Part shown: positions 13,512-27,415 of the stretch, piece after piece
Numbering within the stretch: position 1 is the stretch's first letter
Layout of the letters: each line of letters opens with the position of its first letter
NCBI GenBank assembly: GCA_000165425.1
Contig: CT867997.1
Coordinates: 558,001 to 622,000, forward strand
From: Paramecium tetraurelia
Taxonomy: Eukaryota
DNA length: 64,000 bases
Reading direction: 5' to 3'
Translations under genes and position numbers: made by a program
The notes under the pieces: generated by a model
Told to the model about the DNA's origin: nothing
Database searches by the model: none
The model's input: the letters and a program-made list of their open reading frames with translations, nothing else

Positions 13512-15023
13512 TCATTTAATGTTTTAATTTTCTCCAAACTTCTCTTCAATCCATCTCATAGTAATTGATCCTGGTCTTTCAATTGGTAATCCGAAGGCTC
13601 TTGACCAGATGAGGTTGGCCATACATCCTAATGCTCTTGAGACTGCGAAAACAACAGTGTAATATTAGAATTCTCTCATTCCATAATGATAAAGGAGGAC
13701 TCCTGAATGTGCATCAACATTTCTATGATAATAATCTATAAATACGGCCATGGGTTTTAGATTTTTCCGATGGTCTTCAAAACAGGTGGAATAACATGAT
13801 AGCATTGTCTGACTAAGTCAACCAAGGGATCATCTTTGATGTGTCTAGCAGCAAAGTCCTTTTGATGGATGAAACGTGGGTCTGTATATCTTAAAACGGC
13901 ATGTCCATATCCTGGGATGACCTTTCCTTCTCTGATGGTTGTGAGAACGTAATCTTGGATTTTTTCGTTTGAGATGTTTTCACCCAATTCTTCCTATAAA
14001 AGGTTTAATATGTTGAGATACTCTCATTTCCAAGAGCCATTTGAGAACTTCTTAGTTTGCAAGACCATGTAATGGACCAGCCAAACCATTGACACCAGCA
14101 GAATATGACAAATATGGATCTGCCAATGCTGATACCAACCAAATGTGTTGTGTGTGCACTCACATTACCTCCTTCATGATCAGCATGAATGCTTAAATAT
14201 CCTCTCAAACATTCTCTAACCTCAAATGTATTATATCCAAGCATGTGAGCATAATTACCAGCCCAGTCCAAATTGTCATCAGCTGAGATGATTTCACCAT
14301 TCTTAAGTCTATAAACAAATAAATACCTTGTATTTGTGTCTGTAGATCAAGGCAGCGACTCTTGGGATTTTGGCCAATAAATCCATGGCATCTTCATAGA
14401 AGTATTCCCAATATTATGGCTTTGAAACCTTTCCTTGGTCATAGACTTGTTGGAATTGAGAGTCCTTTTACAAAAACAACAATGTTTAAGATAACATTGT
14501 CATTGGGTGAGCAGCCTTTGGTAAACTCAAAATGAACTTTTATGTCTCACTATCCAATTGTCCTCTTTATTTCCATTCTTATTGAACGTCAGCGAATTCT
14601 TGTTCGGCTAAAAGATATATAATAACATATATGTACATGGGAAGTCACCTGTGCACAACAACCAAAACAAGGCTTCTGGTAAAGGCTCATGTCCATTCTC
14701 AGCCTTTTAGAGATATTCCTACAATTCAGGGATGTTGTAATCTCTCATTGTGATACCCTATATGTTAAATATGGATGTATTACTGTTTTAGCATCCAACA
14801 ATGATGCGTCGTAGAAAAGACCGAACACGTTTCTCATTCCTCCGATTGCTTAGTCGACTGTCACTTTGCACACCTCCTTTGCTCCATATCTCTTTCTGAC
14901 ATCTCGCAATAAGGCTTATTTCACAGGCACGAGCTCTCTCATTCTCTTCTTCAAAAGTCCATGTGTATTGTTATACACACTTCTGTAAAACATTTACACT
15001 GCACTTCTAGAGTTCACTTACAT
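13512..15023 (-). CDS. CS: Citrate synthase (mitochondrial type), with an apparent +1 frameshift at ~14133
   Basis: [74 protein letters not shown]; several tiny introns. Confidence 0.93.
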
Positions 15024-16348
15024 GATGATATATTATAATTATTAGCAAAAATTCAAGATATTATTTGCATTTATACATACCCTATGCGCATTAAATATAG
15101 CATAATTAAAAAGATTCGCTAATTTGCTAATTATTATAAAAATTATTTTTATAATTAGATATTTATTTTGTGGTTAATACTTTATTAAAAACTATTGATA
15201 ACACTATTATTGCAATCAAATTATTCAAAAACTTGAGTAATCTCCAAAATTCCTTCCTCCAACTTCAATATGCCTTATTCCTCTTATTGTTTTGAAATCA
15301 ACAAATCGCAATAAAAATATTATATTCCTTTAATTCTATTGATATGTCTACTTGTATTTTCTTTCTAACTCATATATTGAGTTCAAATTATGAGAGGAAT
15401 TTAAATAACAATTGCAAATCTGCGATATATATAAATTCATTTTATTTATCATAAAGAAGAAGGAATTGATATGAAGTAGTATTACCAGAAAATATACATA
15501 TAATTAATCCTCTTTTGTCTGTTTGCTTTTCAATTAAATAAAATTCAATTTACAACTTAATTGGGATTAATTTTACAATTTATTAATTATGATTTCTAGA
15601 ATTAATAAATAAATCAGTTTTTATCTTCAAAATTCTGTTGAAGAAATCTAAATTAAGCTAATACTTGTCTTGCTTAGATTTATCTCTTTGATTTATGAAC
15701 TAATTAGGGCAAGAATCTCATAAGATATATATGTATATATGAATAAAATTAATTAAAATTAAATTTAGAACATTATAGTTTTCTACTTTTAACTTCTTCA
15801 GAATTTAGATCATTCAAAAAAACCATTTATAAGGGGAAAGAGGTGTTAATTATTAAAAAGATATACAAATTAATTAGGAAGACGAAAAATCATTTAAAAT
15901 ATCAAAATACAAAATAAATAACACAGTTCTAGGTGAACTTAACAAATAAACAAAATAATTTAATTTCATAATTCATTAAACTAAAAATATATATAGATTA
16001 AAATAATAGAGATGAATGTAAGTAAGAAGTTATATTTCAAAAAAAAATCTTAAATTAATGAAAATTATAAAGAATTATTTGGATAGACAAATAGGATCTG
16101 GTATTTAATTTTAATTTAAATGTTGTTAGTAACTTGAAAATGATGATTTAATGTAACAAACATTAATTTATGGAGTTAAATAAATTATATTTGCTTGTCA
16201 AATAAAAGAGGATTGAAGAAAGCAAGATGGAATTATCTCACGATGTTCCTTCAAATGAATAAACGATATAAGATGAGATAGGTAGTGATTAAAGACACTT
16301 AGATCACAACATATTAGTAACTTAAGCTGATTATAATTAATATAATTA

Positions 16349-17360
16349 ATGGATCAATGTAAAACCTATTCTCACATTCGATCAATATCATCATATAAGT
16401 CTAAACATAGAATTTCTTATGAGTCTCGAGATTAAATCGACCCTAAAAAGAGGTCAATAACATTTAGCGGTGACATTGATTTAGTCCAATCAATAAGTTG
16501 CCAAGAAAACTTGCTTGATTTATTGGGGAAGGTACAGAGATAGAAGCAATAATAACGTTTATCTCTTTAAACTTCCTAAATGAAATTGCTTCCTCCTTTG
16601 AAAGTTGGTTAGGATGAAAATAAGATATAAAAACAGCAAGCAAGAAAATAAGTTAGTAATCATTATAACGAATTTACTATCCCAATGGATCCTTATAAAA
16701 AGCAGTTGTATTAAAAATTAAATATATATGGAAAATTCATTGAGCCAACTAATTATAAAAAAGTGGATTATGAGGAAATCTAAGCATTGTATTATTTATT
16801 ATAATTATGTTAGCAAATCAACAATTTCTAAAATATAATTTTAACAATATAGTCAGAATTAATAGACTATCAAAATATAAGAGCAAGATATATCATAAAA
16901 TATGGATAAGTTATTTTAATAAGATTATGATACTTAAAAATTTGAGCAACAATATAATTCAACCTTTGATCAAGATTATGATCTATTTTCTGAACAATAG
17001 AAAATGAATAAAATTATCAATGAAGCTTTGAAATTTAAGCAATAAAAAAGAGATCCTATAAATGCATCAAAAAGTGTCAAATAGAAAAGAACGTAAATGA
17101 GAATATATCTCGAAAATCAATACTAGAATGCATTAAACACTGTAATGAAAGAGATAAATGTGAATAAAGATGAGGATGACCTGCTTCTTAAAAAGAGATT
17201 TTAGAAAAAAATAAAATTAAATGCTTCTTCTCATCCTTCTAAAATCACTTCCCAGTACACCAAAAAAGCTATATCTTCTTCAGTTATCCATCCAGACAGA
17301 TAAAAGTTTGTAGATAAGACTCTAGAGATCTATGACAGATGCAATACTTCTCTTAGTTGA
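16349..17360 (+). CDS. Hypothetical protein
   Basis: MDQCKTYSHIRSISSY... open code-6 frame with one intron (~16788-16812) to TGA at 17358-17360. Confidence 0.6.
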
Positions 17361-17389
17361 TGTATACAATATGATAATTTTTTTAATTA

Positions 17390-18139
17390 ATGTAATAATC
17401 TTTAATTGATTCTAACATTATTTAATCTACAACTGTTAAAACAATAAAAGAACTCAAAAAATTGGGAGACTCTCGAACTAACTTAGAAGCTGATGAGAAT
17501 GAAGTAAATGATTCAACTTTGAGTGGAAAAAACACTCCTGAAGATGAAACTTCGAAAACATAAAACACTAAAATCACACTAAACAAGAAACCAAAATTGA
17601 CCTTCAAACTTCAAACGCAAAATAGAATCACTTCAATGAAATAAACAGTTGTCAAGACTACTGATGATGTGGCTGAATAAAGCAATGGGTTTAGAAAAGC
17701 ATCACTAAGATAAGGTTCATTGAGGCTTTAAAGACCTCAACCTTAATTATAATTAGAATCAAATGATCCTGTTGATATGAATAATGCACTTAACTTAATT
17801 TTAACGAAATGTAAAACCATTAAAGAAGAATTTGAGTAATTATAACTCACTAATACATTGATAAATAAATACATCAAAAATGATAAACACTTTCATTTTT
17901 CATTTTAAGCATTTTTAGACAATTTAGTTTCAAAGGGAAAATTAGCTCAGACATTAACTAATATATAAAAGCCAGTTCTACAAAGGATAGAGTTATTTAC
18001 AATAAATCATGTTAAAAGATGCATATAAAAAAATTAAATATCTCAACAATTTGAAGAAAAAACTAAGCATGTTGACCTTCTTTTCAATCGGTATTACAAA
18101 GAGTTAACAAATATTGAATAAAATATCAAATATTTCTGA
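17390..18139 (+). CDS. Hypothetical protein
   Basis: MQQSLIDSNIIQSTTVKTIKELKKLG... open to NIKYF-TGA. Confidence 0.6.
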
Positions 18140-18742
18140 TCTAATTGATTAAATTTGTATTTAGTATTTAAAGAATGTTTAGAGAAATCACGTTATGAAT
18201 TAAGTCACCATATTTTACTTCTTATTTTTTCTGATTCTAAAATTAGATTTTCAAATTTAAGAAATATCTGGAATTTAAATGGAAATTTTTACATAACTTT
18301 CAAAAGAAAAGGAAAGCATTATCTTAAGTAAAATAAAGTATAAATTTTGGTAATAATTATTTCTGTTTTAGATTTCTCTAATTATATTGAATGTACTATA
18401 TAATTTTATATTATATAAAAATAAATGATAAATTAAGAGGTTAGATTAAAATGGTTTTACAATTCTTTTAAGTCTGAATAAATTGAGTGTGCAAATATCT
18501 TCTCATGTTCAACCTATAAAAGATTTTTATTAGCAGTACGCCTAGGAGATGATACTTTGTTTAAAATAGATCAGAATAAATATGTTATTTTCCAAAACTT
18601 TGCTGGTAAACAAGGATAAAAATTTTATAAAATATAGATGAAAAATGATTTAAAATTGATTGATAACAAAATACTAAGAAAGATCATTCTTTTGTTTAAG
18701 GTTCACTTGTTTCTTTTTACATAAGAAGTTGTTTGTAAAGGG

Positions 18743-19364
18743 CTTATAATTGATTTCTATGAAGCTCTTCTCTAGAAAATTGGATTCTTTTTTATCACAT
18801 ATGGGCTTTCATCTTGGCTTTAAATTTAGATTTAAATTTAGCTCCGTACAGATTGAGTAGGTTAAGATTTTGAAGGAAGTTTAGAATTAATGCATCCCAT
18901 TAATTTATTTTAAATATTTATTTAAAACTGACTTATTCATGCTTATATACATGAACATATTGGTATTAATTATCCTAGATGACCATGTCTTATGATAATT
19001 TTATATAAATAAGAATAATACATAAGTAGTTATTTAAATAAATATAGAAAATATGGGGTTATCAAATTTGTGTATTTTATTAACTTTCTGATAAACTTTT
19101 AGCTGAATAATCGGTATGTTCCATCTCATCTTCTGGGGAATCATATAAATTTAGATTCTTAATAGCAAAGCTATTTTTTCTATAGACAGTTTATAATGGG
19201 GAATCATTTTCAATTTGTTGCATTATTTCATCAAATTCAAATTTCGACTTACTGTAATTTGCACTCTAATTCATTTAGTAATTTGTAAATTTATTATTAT
19301 TATTATTAAAGATAGTCAGGAATGCTTTATAATGTCTGAAATATCTTCTGATTTAATTATACAT
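18743..19364 (-). CDS. Hypothetical or decaying gene
   Basis: Two protein-like code-6 segments (MYNQIRRYFRHYKAF...DSPEDEMEH and SQDESPYVIKKNP...RNK*) that I could not join cleanly. Confidence 0.3.
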
Positions 19365-19444
19365 TATTTTACATATATATAATATGTCATATATCTTTGT
19401 TAATTAAAAATATATTATTGATTAAAGAGAAATAATAATAAAAA

Positions 19445-20948
19445 TCAGTCAAGGAAATTATAATGAATTGCCTTGAAATCTTGAATAGGGTTTTTGTAAT
19501 TGTACAGTATTGATTTATAGTATAACAGGTTATACTTGAGTTCTAAATCTTGTTCTTCAAATTCTTATAGTTATTTTTCTGATTTAGGAGGCATGATTAA
19601 TAAGTCCTAAGGATTGGCATCAAGAGTAGAGACTCTGGCTCTCTCTTTTTACTATTATTAGATGGGACTTTTATTGTGTTAGGAATATCTAGAGAATTTT
19701 GATGGTTCATAGCTAATTGAATATCCGACCTTAACACTCTCTTTACTCTTTTTTTCATCACTCAGACTGCTTTATTATTGGTTATCATCACTGGAGTGAT
19801 AAACAGTTTTATCTTGGGACTCTGGAAACACAATTGTTTTATATAATTTTTTAATAGGAGTTTGTGATTATAGAATGAGTTTTGAGGATGATTCTTAAGG
19901 GATGTTATTTTATGTTTTTCTGAATTGTGATTTAGATTTGCTGAACACTTTTGCTGATTTCGAGGTTTTAATGGACTTATTAGAATTCATTTTGCGATTT
20001 GCCTTTGCTCTTTGATTCCAGTCAAATGGCATATTCGGTTATACGTTAGTAATGGTAAATAACTCTTTTAATTATGAATAGCTAGGTTTCACTTTAGCAG
20101 ACAGTCCTTTAACATACTTCATATATCTATACTAATAATAAGTTTAGGAATTTTACTTAAAAATTGAATTTGGTAAGTTTTCACACAATTCTTCAGGAGA
20201 CATATCTTTTTTTAAAAGTCCTATTTTCTCAAGTCTTTCATTGTCATCCTTGTCTACACTCATCCAAGGGAGACTCCCATTGAGGAAATAAAGGATAATG
20301 TAGCCTAAGGATTCTAAATCATCTTTCTTATTTTATTCTTTTCCCAGATGAGCAGCTATACTTGCATATCTAGTAGTTCCAATGAATGATATTTTCTCCT
20401 TGCCTTTTTTGTTTGATTCTAAATTCTTAGCAATTCCAAAATCGATGAGATGTAATTTGTCTGATTGTGATGCACCAAGGATGTTTTCTGGTTTAAGATC
20501 TCTATGGATGATGTTTCTTCATATTTTGAGAAAACGAATACTTCTTATGAATTTATTCGAGGATTCCAATCATCTAATAAGCAATGTTACAAACACATTC
20601 ATAAGAAAACTTCTTCATTTTTTTCTAATAATGTATGAGATCTTTTCCCAATAGATTTTGGATCATAATCCTCATTCCTTTTTCTGATCCAGACCAGATA
20701 ACTTTAGGCACACACGGAACTCCTTCCAAAGTTTTCAAAATTTCAACCTAATCACAATTTACTATTGAGAATACCTCTCTGATTAAACTATTAAAATATG
20801 AAACCTCAGCCTTTTCTACTTTAATTGCTACATTCATGTTTTTTTTCTAAGATTTTCCCAAATATACTTTTCCAAATGACCCCTGTGCCAACATGGTGAC
20901 TATTTGATATTCCTAGGCTATGACATCTCCAGGCTAAAAGTCTTACAT
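19445..20948 (-). CDS. Casein kinase 1 family protein kinase
   Basis: LAQGSFGKVY, VAIKVE, LLGKDL, IIHRDLKPEN, IDFGIAK, IGTTRYASIAAH, KDDLESLGY, GSLPW; low-complexity C-terminal tail. Confidence 0.93.
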
Positions 20949-21442
20949 CAATTTTATATAATATTTTTTTTTAATTGATTATTTTAAATTAAATGATATT
21001 ACACTAATTGTAAATAAACAGGCTAATGTCTTATCATTACATCTAAGCAGATAGATATCGAAGATTAGAAAGCATTGCGCAGAATAATTAATATATTTTG
21101 GTAATATGTGCGTTTGTAATCTATCAAAAGTAAGGACAACTGTTGAGGGAAGAACAGAAAATTCTATCTTAATTTTCTATAATTATATTTGTATTGGGTA
21201 CCATTCTTTGACCACGACAATCCTTTGTTATAGATAAATTTAGATTAAGTTGATTATTCCGATATGGTAGTAGGCAATCTTGCTGCGGGATACCGATCAT
21301 TAGAATATGGTTTTAGATTTGAATTACGAGAATTATCAAGTGGCGAGTTTATTTCTACAATCGAAAGCTCAGGACTTATTGGCTAATTTTATATGCATCC
21401 CATTAATCTATGTTATTTTTAAATTAGAATATTAATTAAATT

Positions 21443-22459
21443 ATGGCAAAAAATAAAAGCAAAGCTGTGCATGCTATCAAAATCAAACATAATGCTCCTT
21501 TTAGTTAAAAGATAAAAAAGAAGGAATAGAAGGGATAAAAGTAAAGGAGAGTGGGAGGTTTTAGATCATTGGCCAATTTCGATGTGAGTAGAATTAAGAA
21601 TAAAGAAAAAAGAGTTCAGATCTTGGAGAGAAAATAAAATGAGTAGAAGAAAACAAAAAAAATGGAAAGAAAAGAAAAAGAAGCAAATCCCGATAGAGAA
21701 AAACTAGGTCCATTGACTATTGATGACAAAAGAGAATTGGATGAAAATTTTGTATTTGATGAAGATGATCAAGAAGAATTATAAAATGAAGAATTAATTG
21801 ATGAATTCTAAAATTACTTCTAAGAAGGTCAGGATCCTAAAATTATTATTACTACTAGCGAAAGACCTTCTAGATAATTATTCGATTTTTTAAAAGATGT
21901 TAAAGATGTCTTTGGACCAGAAACTCATTATTGGCCTCGTAAACAATTTTCAATCAAAGAAATACAAGAGTATTCCATTAACAAAGGATATACAGAACTA
22001 CTGGTATTCAGAGAACATAGAAAAGAAGTTAGTTAATTAATTTATGTGCATTTACCAGCTGGACCTACCTATAAGTTTAAATTAACTAATTACACACCCT
22101 GTGATGAAATCCATCATCATGGTAGATTCACTGATCATAATCCAGAATTGATTCTCAATCACTTCAATACAAAAGTAGGAAGAAGAGTAGGAAGAGGATT
22201 AGCAGCTCTCTTTCCTTCCAAACCTCAGTTCAGAGGCAGAAGAGTAGTCACTTTCCATAACCAAAGAGATTTCATCTTCTTTAGACATCATAGATACATG
22301 TTCTAAGAAGAAGGATAAAAAGTTGCCTTACAAGAGTTAGGTCCTAGATTTACACTTCAATTAAAATAACTAAAATTGGGATTATTTAATGATGATGGAG
22401 AAATAGAGTTTGAAGCTAGAGATGATTACTATATAAAAAGAACAGCTGCTTTTTTGTGA
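21443..22459 (+). CDS. RPF1: Brix-domain ribosome production factor
   Basis: PKIIITTS, LPAGPT, HNPELILNHFNTKVGRRVGR, RRVVTFHNQRDFIFFRHHRY, LQELGPRFTLQL. Confidence 0.9.
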
Positions 22460-23005
22460 TATTTATAATATCTTAATTTATTAATCAACTTTAATCTTCT
22501 AATAGACCTTAACAAAATTCTTATATGGTTCCAAATACTAATTCTCTTTTTATCTTTTCCATGTAATTATTATAAAATGTTCAAAGTGTTTAAAACTTCC
22601 TTTTATCAGCATATATTCTTCATCAATTTTTATATATAGATTTAATAAAGACAATTTTTACAATTAAAATATTTATTATATTAAACCATATTCAATTATA
22701 TTATAATTTTTATCTTCTTATAAGAAAGAATCATAAACCACATAAGATTTTTATTTTAATACCCTGTAAACATAATTATAAAATATCTTTTTACTATGGT
22801 TTTAATAAATCTATCATTATTAAAGTTCTCTAATATCTATTAAGGGTTATTTCTTTTATAATAAACTTCATATATCATATTTGAGTATTATTCTAGAGTA
22901 CTTTTAGTGATAAGTTAAATGAAGAGAGGGGGGGAGATACAAAATCAAAAATCAATAATAGCAAATTCCAATATTTAAAATTTAATAATACTAGTTGTTT
23001 AATTA

Positions 23006-23319
23006 ATGTATTTCCAACGAGCAACTAATTCTGTGTAAAGAAACGTTCCTTCAGTATAAACATAAATCGCCATCAGCAATCAATAATTTGTAAGGAATAT
23101 TAATGATTTTAGCTGTCTCCTGTTGGCAAGCATTCTTCAGCTTAAAGTTAAGGGAAGTCTATATAGGAGACTCCTAATGGGAATTTCGTTAAGGAACAAC
23201 TTGATTCATTATTTATCAATCTGAAGAAGGAAAATTAAGTTCTAAAAGAGAAACTATCCTTGATTAGCTCATAAGTTGAGGATGCAGAGCAAAAATTATA
23301 ACTATATAAAAAAGTCTGA
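23006..23319 (+). CDS. Small hypothetical coiled-coil protein
   Basis: MYFQRATNSV..., intron 23090-23112, ...LKKENQVLKEKLSLISSQVEDAEQKLQLYKKV*. Confidence 0.55.
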
Positions 23320-23362
23320 TATACAGAAATAATGTGAGTTTTAAATTTTATTATATAAAATT

Positions 23363-25687
23363 ATGAAAAAAAATTGTGAAGGGTAAAACCAACAACTTAA
23401 TCCAGAGTTGTATTCAGCTCCTTAGAAATTAAAGGAGGAAGTGATAAATCCAATTATAAAAGACAAAAAAGAAAAGAGAGGGTTGAAGATAAAAATAAAT
23501 GAAATGGCAATGAAGAATGAGGACTATAGTGAATTAAGTATTTAGTTGGAAGATAAAAGAACGAATATCAAAAATAAATACAATGAATTCTAAACAAGAA
23601 TGAAAGAAGTATTGTAGAGATTGCTCTATTATAAAAACAAAAATTTCATGAGATTAAACCAGAACTACTATGGGAAGAATAAAAAGATAATTAAGAGCTT
23701 AGAATAGTTGGTTAAAGACCTAGGGTTGAATATAAAAGAGGTTGGATTGTTGGAAAAGGATATCGTAATATATAAGAAGGAGGATATTGAGAACAACTTT
23801 TCTATCTATCTATCTTAGAAGAGAAATGCTGACCATGAAAGAGAGAAAAACAATTAGAGAATAACCAAAGAGGATGTATAATAGGAGGAAAATTAATAAG
23901 AGGATAATTAAAAAGAAAATAATAATAAAATTGAAGAGGTGTAGAATCAAATATAGTAGAATAACAGACCTCCATTACCTCCAGATGTTATCAATCAAGT
24001 GATTATTGAGAGAGAAGGTGACAAGGAATTAACAATTTCTATTATATTTGAAAAACCAGAGGACTATGGCTATGAGATTATAAAATATGCAATCTATTAG
24101 TTGGATATGAATGATACGTCATTATCATTGTAACCAAGTAAAAGAGTAATTTTAGAATTCGATAATAATAATGAGAAAGTTTAGAGAAAGAGTCTAGTCT
24201 TTAAAAATAATCCAAATGGTAAAGGAGAATTAGCATTCAATGACATGATCTATCTTTCAGTAGAAGCACTCAATTGCAATGGGTGGTCTTCAGATTTAGA
24301 GTTGTCACCAGTCAAAATCTTTCTCAAATCCTTTCAGGCAAGTTCTCTGTTTGTAAATGGAGTAATTAATACAAAATTATTTAATGAAGATTAATCCTTT
24401 ATTGAAGTAATAGACATTCCAAAAAAGATTGAAATAGATTAATAGTCCTATTACATGATCGAAGACTTTAGTTTAGTATTGATTGAGGAGAACAGAATCA
24501 AAATGGTTAGTACCAAATACGGGTATACCTATTTCTAATATCTAGAACTGTGGGAATGGTCAATACATCATTTGAAGTGTCTTAATTCGGGAACATACTC
24601 AATTTTGAAGACACCTCAATTACTTCAAGTGAAATGGTGGATCCAAAAAGAGATTTCGATATCTCCACACCATATTAGATTTATACTTTACGAGCTGTAA
24701 GCAAAATAGCTTGTGGCTTGTATCATTCATTAGCTGTGACCGTAGACGGAAGTTTATTGTCCTGGGGATACAATAATTTTGGCTAATTAGGGAATGGTAA
24801 CTAATTCAATATATAGTTTATTAGGGACAAATATAAGTACAATGGATGCATAAGAAGTCATGTTTTTTAGAAAAAATCATTTATACGTTGTTGATATCTC
24901 AGCAGGTGAAGGGATTTCAATTTGCAGAACTGATTTAGGAGATGTGTTTACTTGGGGGTGTAAGTAAAATTATGAGGGAAATGGAATGATCAAAGTATTG
25001 AATTCCTATAAAGAAACCATAAATTTATAATGCTCCAGTCCAACTAATTGTTAACTAATTCCTCGCAAGATTAACTTAAAGGCTAAAGCTATTTCAACTG
25101 GGTATTCATGTTTTGGAGCACTCTCATTGGAAGATAAAATCTATATGTGGGGTAGTAATGACTTTGGTGTTTTTGGATTTGATCAATGTCCAGAATTAGA
25201 TGATCAATATATATTTCATCTTCTTGAACCTATGAGAATCAATATCGAGAATTACCTTATTAAGTAAAAATTCAATATAATCTAGAGACTTCTAAATAGG
25301 GGCTTATCATTGTATAGCCAGAGTCTAAGGAAAAGACAAGAATTATGAAGAGTACATTTCGTGGGGCAATAACGCTTATAAGTAATGTGGATAATCATAA
25401 CAGTTTGAATTCTCTACAGTAAAGGGGGATAAATATTGTAAGAAAAACATAATGGAGTATTAAATATGATTTAATTAGTCTCTTGCCTAATTAGAAGTAT
25501 AAATCTTATAGCTGTGGTTACAATAACTCAGTATTTTTATCAAATGAAAATATGATTATTTCATTTTAAAATGGAGTGATGACTTAGAAGAAATGCAATG
25601 TTTTTGGACATGTAAGTATGGATGATTATATGATATTAGTAATTGTTTACAGGAGATCTCATGACCATACTTTTGGGGTCGGAGTGA
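23363..25687 (+). CDS. Coiled-coil plus fibronectin type III plus RCC1-repeat protein
   Basis: FN3-like PPLPPD...FEKPEDYGYEIIKY...SVEALNCNGWS; RCC1 repeats IACGLYHSLAVTVDGSLLSWGYNNFGQLG, ISAGEG...GDVFTWG, IYMWGSNDFG; 3' end depends on an inferred intron. Confidence 0.8.
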
Positions 25688-25761
25688 GCGTATCTGAAGT
25701 ATTATTTCTATGTTAAATATTAAAATATTTATTATTTAAATTATCTTATAAGTGTTAGAAT

Positions 25762-26089
25762 ATGTCCTCATCTTCATAAGCTTAATACAGAGTGTTCTTA
25801 GGAGCCAGGGTTTTGTGGCCTCCCGATTGTCCCGATGACATTCTTGAAGGAGCAATAAATGAAACTTAGAGTTGCTTGAAAACCTTTGAAGCTAAGGATG
25901 GACAAAAAGTAAATTTCTGATATCATTTAGATGGCAGAACATATTAAGAAGTATCTAGATACTAATTTTGAACCTCATTGGCATGTGATTTTTGGTAAGA
26001 ACTTCGGGTGTCATTCCATTCATGAGAAGAGGAGATTTATCTACTTTTACATAGATAAAACTGCATATCTATTTTACAAAACATAATGA
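25762..26089 (+). CDS. Dynein light chain, LC8/DLC1 family
   Basis: MAEHIKKYLDTNFEPHWHVIFGKNFGCHSIHEKRRFIYFY...LFYKT; intron 25909-25930. Confidence 0.9.
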
Positions 26090-26139
26090 CAATAATTTTA
26101 ATGCATTTGTATCGATAATTTCAAATATAAAACATAAAA

Positions 26140-26692
26140 TCATTTTAAGGCAGGTCCACCTTATTAAAAATTAACATTTGATTGATATGGTGGTTGATAT
26201 GCATTCGGTTGATTTTGAGACGGAATCTAATAAGGGTTCTTTGCTTCTTCCGCACTCCATCCAAATTTTTTACTCTAATGAATGACATTATGCTTTTTAT
26301 ACAAATAGTTGCATCAAAATGTAAATTAAACCCACGACAAACAATACGACGGCACATGTAATCTACAAAGGCGAAAACGATGATATCATTAAAGTACCCA
26401 AACTTGATTAGTAATTCAGATTTACAAGAAACAATACAATCCTCTTCCAAAATAACTTGTCAAAACTTTGAATTTTTAATGAATATATGCAAAACGAAAC
26501 TCTGCTAAAATCAACACAGCCCCCATCCATCTAACCTTAAAGAAACAAATTTTACATATAATGAATTGTAAGAATAAATTGCTATGGATGCTCAATAGAC
26601 AGATTCGTAAATCTAGATATTGCAAGCGCAATAATTAAACCTCCACAAACAATTGTTAGTATTTTTGTTGCACAATGAACATCGCATTTCAT
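26140..26692 (-). CDS. COPI-associated / Tvp15-like small Golgi membrane protein
   Basis: Hydrophobic protein with ILAEF...FKVLTSYFGRGLYCFFLG motif; three tiny introns. Confidence 0.65.
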
Positions 26693-26930
26693 AATATTAA
26701 TAATAATATCAATTTAAATAATTTATAGAGATTCCCATTCTAAAATAATCATCATACCAATCTTTCTTTTTGATCTTTGCTATTTTGATAGAATGTTCAT
26801 TATGAGACATTTCGTGTTAATCTGATTGAATATACTTTTGAAATATTTGAAATAAATTTCTAATACATTACTTTATAAAATTATTAATTTTATTCTCTTT
26901 ATATAAATATATTAAATAATTATAAAATAT

Positions 26931-27405
26931 TCAAGGATAATATGTAGGATAATATCTGATGCCAGGATAACTAATTACAGAACTATTGAATGACATATCA
27001 ATTTACTTATTAGTCTCATATTGTTATTTGTCAATCACATCCTTGTAATATGGTTTTCTGACTCCAAAATCTCTTCTTGGTTCATATTGAGTTAATGGTT
27101 AATCGGGTATGATGTAGGCCAACAACCCATAGTCTTCTGACTTCAACTCAAGGGTAAACTCTTCTGAAAAAACAAGGGAAGATTCAAATTGAGCATCGTT
27201 TTTAAAAAGAATGATATTCCATCGATACTCTAGATAGATCGTTAAATTTACTAAATCGTTACTCGATCTCTGACTTAATGGTTTGAGCTCTTTTGCTTAA
27301 GAGATAAGGATCTTCGGTGTCAGTCATAGAAAAGAGATTGACTAATTCATCTCTTAATTGGTTGGTTACTTGATTTCCCTGTTTTAATACTTCAATTTTA
27401 TTCAT
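26931..27405 (-). CDS. Divergent dynein-light-chain-like protein
   Basis: MNKIEVLK...RAQTIKSEIEQRFKYRWNIILF...FESS resembles the LC8 A..IK..FD..Y...W.CI pattern; extended Tyr/Pro-rich tail. Confidence 0.45.
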
Positions 27406-27415
27406 ATATAATTAA

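Noticed and set aside
14129..14135. 7-nt GT...AG 'micro-intron' that would fix the citrate synthase frame
   Set aside because: Far below the intron size seen elsewhere in the window, and it would delete the conserved Gly-Ser
22919..25687. A single long gene starting at ATG 22919
   Set aside because: An in-frame TGA at 23317-23319 and a new ATG at 23363 split the region into two genes
26145..26450. Cys-containing track ORF resembling a zinc finger
   Set aside because: Wrong frame; the spliced code-6 reading gives a coherent Tvp15-like membrane protein
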